The notes under the pieces were generated by a model that worked only from the letters and a program-made list of their open reading frames with translations, did no database searches and was not told where the DNA came from. DNA of 64,000 nt from the human T2T-CHM13v2.0 reference genome, Homo sapiens. Location: assembly GCF_009914755.1 (NCBI RefSeq), contig NC_060933.1; one strand, written 5' to 3'. Shown one piece after another: positions 14,240-30,056 of this stretch (position 1 is its first letter; every line of letters starts with the position of its first letter). The position numbers were made by a program, and so were the translations under genes.

Positions 14240-14850
14240 TCTTATTCAATTAACAAGGACATGTTGAGGACTTGCTATGTGTCAGTCATTGAGCTGCATG
14301 CTCCTCTCTCTACATGGGGAATCAAGTAGACATGTTCATTTTCTTCAAGCAGCATTCATTACAGTGGAGAAACACATTTAAATGCATGACTAAATATATA
14401 ATGACAGAATTTGATAAATAATATAAAAGAATATGTAAGGGTATTATGAAACAGACTAACTTGGATGACCTAATTTAGATTAGGAGTCAGGGAATCTTTC
14501 TCTCAGGAAATTGCATTTAAGCTGAGACTTGAAGAGCAAATGGGAATTATTCCAGATGTAGAAGATCAAGAGGAGACTTCTAAAAGAGAAAAGGATTGTG
14601 TGCTTCATGGCTTTGAGGCAGTTTTGAGGACATTTTTTCAAAGGCCAAGGAATGAGATGAGAAATAGAATTTGCACCACGGGCAGTTTGGATCAAGGAAA
14701 GTATGCAAGCCATGTTAACATTTTGTATTTATCTTCAGAGGTACAGAAAAGGATCAATGTTTTTAAAGAGGAGAATAACATGGTCAAATTCACTGGCCTA
14801 AAAGGTCACACTGGCTGCTGGGTGGAGAAAAATAGAGAAAACACAAATGG
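14240..14850 (-). mobile_element. L2 3' region
   Basis: attcaattaacaagg.catgttgaggacttgctatgtgtcag...cagggaatctttctctcagga...atttaagctgagacttgaag. Confidence 0.78.
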
Positions 14851-15732
14851 AAGTTTTCAATTCAATAACCACCTCTGACCACAGGAAATCGTGACCAGCT
14901 GCTTTACCCAGGAGCATTTCTGGTGTCAATACTTTACTTTTCCTTATAGTTTAACATTTGTTTTTTTCTTTATTTGAGGTAGATGGTGCTTTAACAAATA
15001 ATCTCTAAGAACTATTCAACTGTTAGAATCTACACTTAGGTCTTCGCAGTTCCATAAGCACCATTTTGATGTGAAGAGGTATTTCAGGGAAGAAGTGTGT
15101 GTCTTTTCTCTCTGGGGGCACAAAGACCTATTGACAATATGTTGTAAAATCCAACTTCAGAGGAATAAAAGTGTCAAACTATTTGTGAACAACTATGTGT
15201 TAAATGAATTAATGATGAATCATTTTTACATTCTGCATGTCAGAGGCTTACTTTTGGGTGGTCTGAAGCAGTTATGTACAAAAATACTTGTCTCTCTTAA
15301 TTAATACCATCCTTATACTTGAGAATATTCACTTTTTAAAAGAGAGATTTGGACATATTTTCTTCTTTACAATCTTTTCACATGTCTCAAATACTACAGT
15401 ATTGAAAACAAAGCAGACAGAAACGAAAGGACATCCAGTTTGATTTTCCAGTTTCATGTGCTTCCATTTCCCTCATGCCCTGTAAATGTCAGCCCTGAGA
15501 ATGCCATGAACTTCCTTTTAACCTCCATTTCTTTCCTCAGGCCATTAACATCTAGGCATTATGTAACTTTCTCCTTCCTTCTGCAACAGGGTCTGCTTGT
15601 TTGTTTTTCTTAACATTGCAAGTATTGTAGGCTCTACCTGTCCTTCCTCTATAATATAACACTGCAGCAAACACATAAGCCAGATATTAGCATATGGGAT
15701 TTATGTCAAGAAAATAACTTTTTTTTGAAGTT

Positions 15733-15885
15733 CTTTTTTTTATTATTGTACTTTAAGTTCTAGGATACATGTGCAGAACGTGCAGGTTTGTTACATAGGT
15801 ATACACATGCCACGGTGGTTTGCTGCCCCCATCAACCCATCATCTACATTAGGTATTTCTCCTAATGTTATCCCTCCCCAAGCCT
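15733..15885 (-). mobile_element. Short L1PA7/8-type 3' end
   Basis: poly(T) + actttaagttctaggatacatgtgcagaacgtgcaggtttgttacataggtatacac. Confidence 0.9.
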
Positions 15886-16445
15886 TATCCAATTGAAAAA
15901 AATCCATCAAAGAGCTGGAGTCCAAGAAACAATTCCCTATAGTGATGGACTACCTTTTACTAGTCACTGTAATCCTAAGATATACTCAGATACTCAGTTG
16001 CTGGTATATGATTGAAGAAATTAATTAGAACTCTTAGGGAAAACACAAACTTAATAAACTCAGAATTCTCAAATGAACTTTCTCTCACTAGGAGTTTGAT
16101 TTTGTTTGTTTGTTTTCCATCTAAAAACTAGATTCGGGTCATAAAAACAAAGAATTTCAACATATTCATTAAATAAAGAAGGGGATAAATTTAATTTCTT
16201 TTGTAAGATGACACGTCAACACCTTTGAACTGTCTCTCAGTATTTATTGATGCCCTTAATTTTTCATTTACGTATGTCCATAACCCCCCAGGAAGGGGTC
16301 CTTAATGACCTGTAGTTAACAGGAACTTAAGTTCTCATTAAGAATATGCATATAGAAGATAAAATATTATATGTGATTGCAAGTAGTCAAGATTTCCTTT
16401 TCCTCTTTTCTGTCTTCATACCTCTCTCATATATGAAGATAGAAA

Positions 16446-16513
16446 ATATATCTTCATATATATGTATCTTCATGTATATATCTTCATATATATATATCTT
16501 CTTATATATATAT
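16446..16513. repeat. (TA)n-TCTTCA degenerate tandem repeat
   Basis: Four tatatcttc-type units. Confidence 0.8.
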
Positions 16514-16809
16514 AATTTTTATAGAAATTATAGATTCCTTAGATATTGGCTGGCTTCCCAGAGACCCAGGCACTTGTGCTTTTTCTTCTGATTAATTTGA
16601 GAAATGAATCTGGTATTAGTACAATTCAGAATTTCTTATTTTTAAGAAGAGAAATGTGACAGAAGAACCAGTGTGATGTGCATTCCATCCTGAATCAGCA
16701 TGTGGTGATGAAATATAGGGAAGATGAATGACTGAATACCTAATATTAGTGGTCCTGCCAATGCATATTTTCATGTGTCTATTTTCATGTGTTCATTGGG
16801 CTGGCTAGT

Positions 16810-17303
<494 letters not shown>

Positions 17304-17895
17304 AAGTAACTCTAAAGTGCTACTTAAAAGTAGAGAAATACTTGCTTTGACTCAGGAAACTGGGGAACAATAGAAACACATTTATATCAGAAGTGAAATT
17401 TGAATCAAATATAGAATTTCAAGATGTAGCTGTTCTGGCACAGTGATTTTTAAGTTTTTGTTGTTCTTCTCAACAATCTTTAGACTCTTAAAAATTATTG
17501 AGGACCCCGAAAAACATTTGTTCATGTTTAGGCAGTATCTAGTAGTGTTATCTGTATTGGAAATTAAAGCAATTTTTGGATAATATTTACTATTTTATTT
17601 GAAAAACAGACCCATTCCATGCTAACATAATGATTTGTATTAAAATGTATTTTCTTTTTTTTTTTGTAAACTCTTTCTTTTTTTTAAATTTATTATTATT
17701 ATTCTTTAAGTTTTAGGGTACATGTGCACAATGTGCAGGTTAGTTACATATGTATACAAGTGCCATGCTGGTGTGCTGCACCCATTAACTCATCATTTAG
17801 CATTAGGTATATCTCCTAATGCTATCCCTCCCCACACCCCATAACAGTCTCCAGAGTGTGATGTTCCCCTTCCTGTGTCCATGTGTTCTCATGAT

Positions 17896-21761
<3,866 letters not shown>

Positions 21762-21809
21762 TTATTTTGCTCGTTATTTGATGCAGTTTCTTCCTAGCCT
21801 CGATGGTCT

Positions 21810-22825
21810 TTACAGTTTGGCATGATTTTGCAGTGGCTGGTACCGGTTGTTCCTTTCCCTGTTTAGTGCTTCCTTCAGGAGCTCTTTTAGGGCATGCCTG
21901 GTGGTGACAAAATCTCTCAGCATTTGCTTGTCTGTAAAGGATTTTATTTCTCCTTCACTTATGAAGCTTAGTTTGGCTGGATATGAAATTCTGGGTTGAA
22001 AATTCTTTTCTTTAAGAATGTTGAATATTGGCCCCCACTCTCTTCTGGCTTGTAGAGTTTCTGCCAATAGATCCGCTGTTAGTCTGATGGGCTTCCCTTT
22101 GTGGGTAACCCAACCTTTCTCTCTGGCTGCCCTTAACATTTTTTCCTTCATTTCATCTTTGGTGAATCTGACAATTATGTGTCTTGGAGTTGCTCTTCTC
22201 GACGAGTATCTCTGTGGCGTTCTCTGTATTTCCTGAATCTGAATGTTGGCCTGCCTTGCTAGATTGGGGAAGTTCCCCTGGATAATATCCTCAGAGTGTT
22301 TTCCAACTTGGTTCCATTCTCTCCGTCACTTTCAGGTACACCAATCAGATGTAGATTTAGTCTTTTCACATAGTCCCATATTTCTTGGAGGCTTTGTTCA
22401 TTTCTTTTTATTCTTTTTTCTCTAAGCTTCCCTTCATGCTTCATTTCATTCATTTCATCTTCCATCACTGATACCCTTTCTTCCAGTTGATGGCATCGGC
22501 TCCTGAGGCTTCTGCATTCTTCACTTAGTTCTCGAGCCTTGGCTTTCAGCTCCATCAGCTCCTTTAAGCACTTCTCTGTATTAGTTATTCTAGTTATACA
22601 TTCGTGTAAATTTTTTTGAAACTTTTGAACTTCTTTGCCTTTGGTTTGAATTTCCTTCTGTAGCTCGGAGTAGTTTGATTGTCTGAAGGCTTCTTCTCTC
22701 AACTCGTCAAAGTCATTCTCCATCCAGCTTTGTTCCATTGTTGGTGAGGAACTGCGTTCCTTTGGAGGAGGAGAGGCGCTCTGCTTTTTAGAGTTTCCAG
22801 TTTTTCTGCTCTGTTTTTTCCCCAT
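21810..22825 (-). pseudogene. L1 ORF1p, broken by a 1-bp frameshift near 22290
   Basis: MGKKQSRKTGNSK...ENTL then out of frame; C-terminal MKEKMLRAAREKG...QNHAKL in another frame; span 1016 bp versus the canonical 1017. Confidence 0.93.
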
Positions 22826-23860
22826 CTTTGTGGTTTTATGTACTTTTGGTCTTTGATGATGGTGATGTACAGATGGGTTTTTGGTGTGGATGTCCTTTCT
22901 GTTTGTTAGTTTTCCTTCTGACAGACAGGACCCTCAGCTGCAGGTCTTTTGGAGTTTGCTGGAGGTCCACTCCAGACGCTGTTTGCCTGGGTAACAGCAG
23001 TGGTGGCTGCAGAAGAGCGGAGTTTCGTGAACCACGAATGCTGCTGTGTGATCGTTCCTCTGGAAGTTTTGTCTCAGAGGAGTACCCGGCCGTGTGAAGT
23101 CTCAGTCTGCCGCTACTGGGGGGTGCCTCCCAGTTAGGCTGCTGGGGGGTCAGGGGTCAGGGACCCACTTGAGGAGGCAGTCTGCCTGTTCTCAGATCTC
23201 CAACTGCATGCTGGGAGAACCACTGCTCTCTTCAAGGCTGTCAGACAGGGAGATTTAAGTCTGCAGAGGTTACTTCTGTCTTTTTGTTTGTCTGTGCCCT
23301 GCCCCCAGAGGTGGAGCCTACAGAGGCAGGCAGGCCTCCTTGAGCTGTGGTGGACTCCACCCAGTTGGAGCTTTCCGGCTGCTTTGTTTACCTAAGCAAG
23401 CCTGGGCAATGGCGGGCGCCCCTCCCCCAGCATCGCTGCCGCCTTGAGCCTTGCAGTTTGATCTCAGACTGCTGCGCTAGCAATCAGCGAGGCTCCGTGG
23501 GCGTAGGACCCTCTGAGCCAGGTGCAGGATATAATCTCCTGGTGCGCCGTTTTTTAAGCCCCTCGGAAAAGCACAGTATTAGGGTGGGAGTGACCCAGTT
23601 TTTCAGGTGGCGTCTGTCACCCCTTTCTTTGAGTACGAAAGGGAACTCCCTGACCCCTTGTGCTTCCCAAGTGAGGCAATGCCTCGCCCTGCTTCGGCTC
23701 GCGCACGGTGCACTGCACCCACTGTCCTGCGCCCACTGTCTGGCACTCCCTAGTGAGATGAACCCGGTACCTCAGATGGAAATGCAGAAATCACACGTCT
23801 TCTGTGTGGCTCATGCTGGGAGCTGTAGACCGGAGCTGTTCCTATTTGGCCATCTTGGCT
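22826..23860 (-). promoter_or_regulatory. L1 5'UTR: internal sense promoter (YY1 site 23848-23859) and antisense promoter firing on the + strand
   Basis: Complete 5'UTR and the most CpG-rich part of the window; activity is not demonstrated. Confidence 0.7.
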
Positions 23861-25725
23861 TGATCTTAAAATGTATTTTCTAAAGCAAAGAATTTCAGCC
23901 AAAAATGATATTATTTTACATTTTCTTGCACACCTCTTTAATATCTGACTTGATAGAAGACAGCTGAATTGCCATATATGCTTCTGCATTAAATCTGTTG
24001 TGGTATATTGGTTTTGGGTAAAGTAGATGAAAAGAAATCCAGTTTCAAACATACATGTAGTTAGAAAAAGAGGAATATTTTCTAACCTTTTCAGACAATT
24101 TTACATAATATTCTTTAATACTACACAAAACTTCACAAGTATTAATTACTTAAAATTTATTTGCAGTGTGGAACCTGAAACTATATCAATGAATTTTTTT
24201 TTCTGTTATATTAAAATCCTTGGCCTATCTGCATTTTTAAAGGATCCTTTACTCATGCATGATTTTGTAACAACATACATTGGTCATTTGAAAAAAAAAT
24301 CCCTTCAGTGAGTCAGTGAGTTATGTAAATCTTCCAAATGACAATTCCTTTTCTTACATGACATCAAAAACTCACATTTATTAATATCATCACCTATCTT
24401 ATTGGGAAACATTTTAATATCGGAGGCTGTCAAGCTTTTGGTCATACATACAAGTTTTTCACAATTCTAATTTTTGCTTGACAGCTTAAATATAATTATT
24501 GACAACAAATACTGTGAATTATTTTCTTAAGTTTGTTTACTTTGTTAACTTTTGAGAAAATGTCAACCAAATAACAAAGTCTGAATAAGCATAGTTCATC
24601 TCTCAATTTAAATGGCATTCTGTGGAAAAAGTACATAGGTTAACCTACAACTCAGACAAACATACAAAAGCTTTTCCTTGAGGCCACTATTATATATTTG
24701 TATGCAGTACAAGCAATTTATACATCTTATTTTATAATAGAGATATTAAAAAATGCATACTTAAGGGTCACATTTGAATAAGAGCAATGATTTTTACCAC
24801 TTCTTCAAAGACATTCTGATGTGAAACTGGCATTATTATTATTATTACTGCAGGTGCAGGGCGATGATAATTACAAAGACTACCAATACGTTTTGTTGCC
24901 ACTATCTTGATTCATGCTAAGGCACTTTAAATCTTAATGTCAGTTTTTGTAAAACTGGCAAACAATTTCCACCTAGTGAACCCAATGAAAGGTCTTGGAG
25001 CTTTCCTGAAATGTAAACTACACCATGAGAATTTTTCTTTTTAAGTTACAATATGCATCCTTGATGTATCAAAAATCTATTTTGAAATAAGGTGACACCA
25101 CTTTTTATCTAAGAAAATTGCAATGGTTTAATTTTATTCATTCCTCTTTTCCTGTATACATTATTGCTGTATTTTACTTATACTTACATTATAAGTTCCA
25201 TAATACAATGTCATTTTTTTTTTGCTTTTAGCAGTCAATTGTCCTTTGAAGAAATTATGAAAAAGTCATCTTTTATTTTTACCCACATATTTACTACTTC
25301 TGACACTGTTGTTTTCTGTTTGTTTGTTTGTTTGTTTGTTGGGGTTTTGTATATAGGTCCTGATTTCTATCTGGCATCATATTCATTTAGCCTGAAGAAC
25401 TTCTTTAACGACTTTCTATAGTGTACGTCTGCTGACAAATTTTCTCAGCATTTGTTTATCTATAAGGATCTCTATTTCACTTAACTAAGGTTATTTTTGT
25501 TGGGTATGTATTCTAGGTTGACTGTTTCTTTAAGCACTTTCAAGATACTTAAAAGACGGAATTCTATTGTCTTCTGGCTTCTGTTGTTTTTCATGAACTG
25601 TCAGATATCTTCTTATCATTGTCAAATATCTTCTTATCACATTTAGTATGTCTTTTCTCTCTGGCTATTCTTATGAAGTTATCTTTATATTTGATTCTCA
25701 CCAGATTGATTATGATGTTTCTTGG

Positions 25726-28002
25726 TGATATGACTTGGCTGTGTCCCAACCCACATCTCATTTGAATTCTCATGTGTTGTGGGAGGGACCTGATGGGAGG
25801 TAATTGAATCATGTGGGCAGGCCTTTCCCATGCTGTTCTTGTGATAGTGAATAAGACTCATGAAATCTGTTTAAAAGATGAGAGTTTCCCTGCCCAAGCT
25901 CTCTATCATTGCCTGCTGCCACCCATGTGAGACGTGACTTGCTCCTCCTTACTTTCCGCTATGATTATGAGGCCTCCCCAGCCATGTGGAACTGTGAGTC
26001 AATTAAACCTCTTTCTTTTGTAAATCACCCAGTGTCAGGTATGTCTTATTGGCAGCATGAAAATGGTCTAATACAGTAAATTAGTACCAGTAGAGTTGGG
26101 CACTCTGAAATGATACCTGAAAATATGGAAGTGACTTCGGAACTGGGTAACAGGCAGAGGTTGGAACAGTTTAGAGGGCTCAGAAGGAGACAGAAAAATG
26201 TGGGAAAGTTTGTAACTCCCTAGAAACTAGTTGAATGGCTTTGACCAAAATGCTGATAATGGTATGGACAATGAAATCCAGGCTGAGGTGGTCTCAGATG
26301 GAGATGAAAAACTTGTTGGGAACTGGAGCAAAGGTGACTGGTTATGTTTTAGCAAAGAGACTGTCAGCATTTTGCACCCTGCCCTAGAGATGCGTGGAAC
26401 TTCCAACTATAGAGAGATTGTTTAGGGTATCCTTAGAATTTTCTAAGCAGCAAAGCATTCAAGAGGTGATTGGGTGCTGTTAAAGGCATTCAGTTTTAAA
26501 AGGGAAACAGAGCATTAAAGTTTGGAAAATTTGCAGCCTGACAATGCAATAGAAAAGAAAAACCCATTTTCTGAGGAGAAATTCAAGTCAATTGCAGAAA
26601 TTTGCATAAGTAATGAGGAGCTCAATGTTAATCACCAAGACAATAGGGAAAATGTCTCCAGGACATGTCAGAGACCTTTGCAGCAGACTCTGTCATCAGA
26701 GGCCCAGAGGCTTAGGAGGAAAATATGGCTTCATGGGCCAGGCCCAGGGTCCCTCTGCTGTGTACAGTCCAGGGACTTGGTGCTCTGCATCCCAGCTGCT
26801 CTAGTTGTGACTAAAAGGGTCCAAGGTACAGCTCAGGCTATTGCTTCAGAGAGTGGAAGCCCCAAGCCTCAGCAGCTTCCACATGGTATTGAGACTGCAG
26901 TGCATAGAAGTCAAGAATTGAGGTTTGGGAACCTCTGCCTACATTTCAGAGGATGTATGGAAATGCCTGGATGCCCAGGCAGAAGTTTGCTGCAGGGACG
27001 AGGCCCTCATGGAGAACCTCTGCTAGGGCAGTGCAGAAGGGAAATGTGGGGTTGGAGCCCCGACACAGAGTCCCTGCTGGGGCACTGCCTAGTGGAGCTG
27101 TGAGAAGAGGGCCACCATCTTCCAGACCCTAGAATGGTAGATCCACTGACAGCTTCCACCATGCACCTGGAAAAGCTGCAGACACTCAACCCCAGCCTGT
27201 GAAAGCAGTTGGGAGGGAGGCTTTACCCAGCAAAGCCACAGGGGTGGAGCTGCCCAAGACCATGGGAACCCACCTCTGGCATCAGCATGACCTGGATGTG
27301 AGAAATGGAGTCAAGGAGATCATTTTGGAGCTTTAAGATTTGACTGCCCCGCTGGATTTTGGACTTACATGGGGCCTATAGCCCCTTCATTTTGGCCAAT
27401 TTTTCCTATTTCGAATGGGTGTATTTACCCAATACCTGTACACCTATTATATCTAGGAAGTAACTAACTTGCTTTTGATATTATAGGCTCATAGGCAGAA
27501 GGGACTTACCTTGTCTTGGGTGAGACTTTGGGCTGTGAACTTTTGAGTTAATGCTGAAATAAGTTAAGACTTTGGTGGACTGTTGAGAAGGCATGATTGG
27601 TTTTGAAATGTGAGGACATGAGATTTGGGAGTGGCCAGGGGCAGAATGATATGGTTTGGCTGTATCTCCACCCAAATCTAATCTTGAATTCCCACATGTT
27701 GTGAGAAGGACCTGGTGGGAGGTAACTGAATCATGGGAGCACGTCTTTTCCATGCTGTTCTCATGATAGTGAATAAGTCTCACAAGATCTGATGGTTTAA
27801 GAAATGGGAATTTCCCCACACAAGCTCTCTCTCTTTGCCTGCTGCCATCCATGTAAGCTGTGAATCACTCCTCCTTGCTTTCCATCATGACTGTGAAGCC
27901 TCCCCAGCCATGTGGAACTGTAAGTCCATTAAACCTCATTCTTTTGTAAATTGCCCAGTCTCAGGTATGTCTTTATTGGCAGTGTGAAAATGGACTAATA
28001 CA
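25726..28002 (+). mobile_element. Complete THE1 (THE1A-like) MaLR provirus: 5'LTR 25726-26075, internal 26076-27646, 3'LTR 27647-28002
   Basis: TG...CA LTRs (tgatatg...ctaataca), purine tract before the 3'LTR, perfect 5-bp TSD CTTGG at 25721-25725 and 28003-28007. Confidence 0.95.
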
Positions 28003-28440
28003 CTTGGGTTGGGTTTTGAGTTTTTTGTTTGTTTCTTCTTCTATAAAATTGTTTTTAAATTGCTGGGATTAGCTTAGCTTGTTGGGTAACTGCCTTGGTG
28101 TTTTCCATAAAAGCTGAGAATTTTCTGCCATTATTAGTTTTTTCAGTTTCATTCTTGGTCTCTTCTCCTCTGGGACCCTAACTACATGTGTTACCACATT
28201 TCATATTGCCGCATGGGTCAGTGATGCTCTGTTTATCTTTTATCTTTCTTTCTTTTTCTTTCTGATTTTTTTCTTTATGTACTTCAGTTTGGATAATTTC
28301 TGTTGTCCTGTATTCGATCTCATGAATTTTTGAATGTTTTCTACTATGACCAACCAGCCATTAGGCTCAATATGAAACATTTTGTTTCTCATATTACATT
28401 TTCATTACAGACTTTCAATCTGGTTGTTTTGTTGGAGTGT

Positions 28441-28749
28441 TATTTATTTTTTATTTATTTATTTTTTTTAGATGGAGTTTGCTCTTGTTGCTCAGGCTGG
28501 AATGCAATGGCATGATCTCAGCTTACTGCGACCTCTGCCTCCCAGATTCAAGTGATGCTCTGCCTCAGCCTCCTGAGTAGCTGGGATTACAGGCGTGCAC
28601 TGCCATGCCTGGCTAATTTTTGAATTATTAGTAGAGATGGGGTTTCACCATGTTGGTCACGCTGGTCTTGAACTCCCTACCTCAGGTGATGTACCCACTT
28701 CAGCCTTCCAAAGTTCTGGGATTACAGGCATGAGCCACCATGTCTGGCC
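28441..28749 (-). mobile_element. AluS (Sq/Sx-like)
   Basis: Reverse Alu with (TTTA) tail; gagtgt on both flanks. Confidence 0.93.
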
Positions 28750-29588
28750 TAGAGTGTCCACTTTCTTTACAGAAATTTCTGAGTTCATTGATTCGACTTA
28801 TATTTAAAATATAAAAAAATCTTTATTATATTTATAATAGTCATTTAAAACACTTGCCTGCAAATTTCAATGGTTAGGTCTTCTGTGTTTCTCCTTGTAT
28901 TTACTATTTCTCTTTACTATATTTCATGTCTTTTTTCTTCTGCCATGTCTCATATTTAATGTATGCTGGATTTTGCAAAAATAGCAGTAAAGACTGATGT
29001 TAAACCTTCTTTCTGTTAAGTTTTGTTTTGTTTCCCAAATTAGACTGACTCTATTTCTACTTTCAAGTGGGTTCTGCCCTATCCAGATTTTCCCATGTTC
29101 TGCAGAGGGTTGAATCTCTTAGATCTGTCAGAAGTTCAGCTGAGAGGGAAATAGATTACAGTTCTGCCTAGTTTTGACTCACTTTTGAATTCAACTTCAA
29201 TAGAGCCATAGGTACAAATATCACAAGTGTATGCAAGATTGAACACTTTTCACTTTCGAACCCTACTTCTACTGTTTTCTTATAAACATCCATGAAGAAG
29301 AGAAAAATGCTTAAAATGAAGGTTTTATTTCTATATTTGTGACTTTTCTAGATTCCATTATTTCATGCTGCCATGTTTTAGTTAAAAGCCTGGCTGGTAA
29401 TATCTGAACTACATAAAAAATTCAGGAAAAAAATTAAATCAAGTAAAAAGCATTGTTCTGCCATTTAGGCATGTGAGGTACCTCTACTGTTTGACAACTC
29501 TTCCTTCCTATATGTGACATTTCCCTCATCACTTTTCTATATAGGTAAGAGTTTATTTTTTAAAATATGAATTTGATTAAGCCCCATA

Positions 29589-30056
29589 CAAGCATCCCTC
29601 ACATGGTGTGCTATGCATAGCTTTCAGTCTTCATGATTTAGTTGAATAACCCCAGTCTCTCAACAGCACAGATCAAATATCAGTCATTATGGCATATTAA
29701 TTATGAGTAATAATATAAATTTTGCTGCTAGATATCCAATCTACAAATCACTACATAAGTAACAGATGTGTATGATGATCAGTGACCAAGTATGTCACTT
29801 CTTTCAAAGTCTGTCAGTGGTTAGTCACTCCTCATGTGTTATGCAATTCATTCACAGACAGGAAAGTTTGTAGTTGCCTCCTTGTCTCCCAGTGATAAAC
29901 CCATGTAAAATTTTACCAAAAAGAAAATGGATAACTGAAAGAAGAAACTGTGAAACAAAGATAAAAGTACACCAATGAGTAAAAAAGTGACAATGCTGGA
30001 AATGAAATTGGAAGTGAATATAAATGTGAGTTATAGAAGAAATAGCTGACCTTGGT
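29589..30056 (+). mobile_element. Tigger-derived MITE (MER82-like), 3'-truncated
   Basis: TA-flanked start; atgatcagtgaccaa...tcacttctttcaaagtctgtc...ttgtctcccagtgataaaccc. Confidence 0.6.

Larger units (their letters stand above)
25040..28990 (-). mobile_element. Old L1M ORF1-region fragment, interrupted by THE1 and Alu
   Basis: T-rich reverse-L1 motifs (ctcagcatttgtttatct, attctaggttgac, ttgattatgatgt) continue on both sides of THE1. Confidence 0.7.

Noticed and set aside
13825-14878. 105-aa and 112-aa plus-strand ORFs
   Set aside because: No homology recognised; the second lies within antisense L2
23300-23860. Host-gene CpG-island promoter
   Set aside because: The CpG richness is fully explained by the L1 5'UTR
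26522-27103. 193-aa ORF (also 35682-36848 ORFs)
   Set aside because: Decayed THE1/MST internal ORF remnants with frameshifts and a non-ATG start; no sign of domestication
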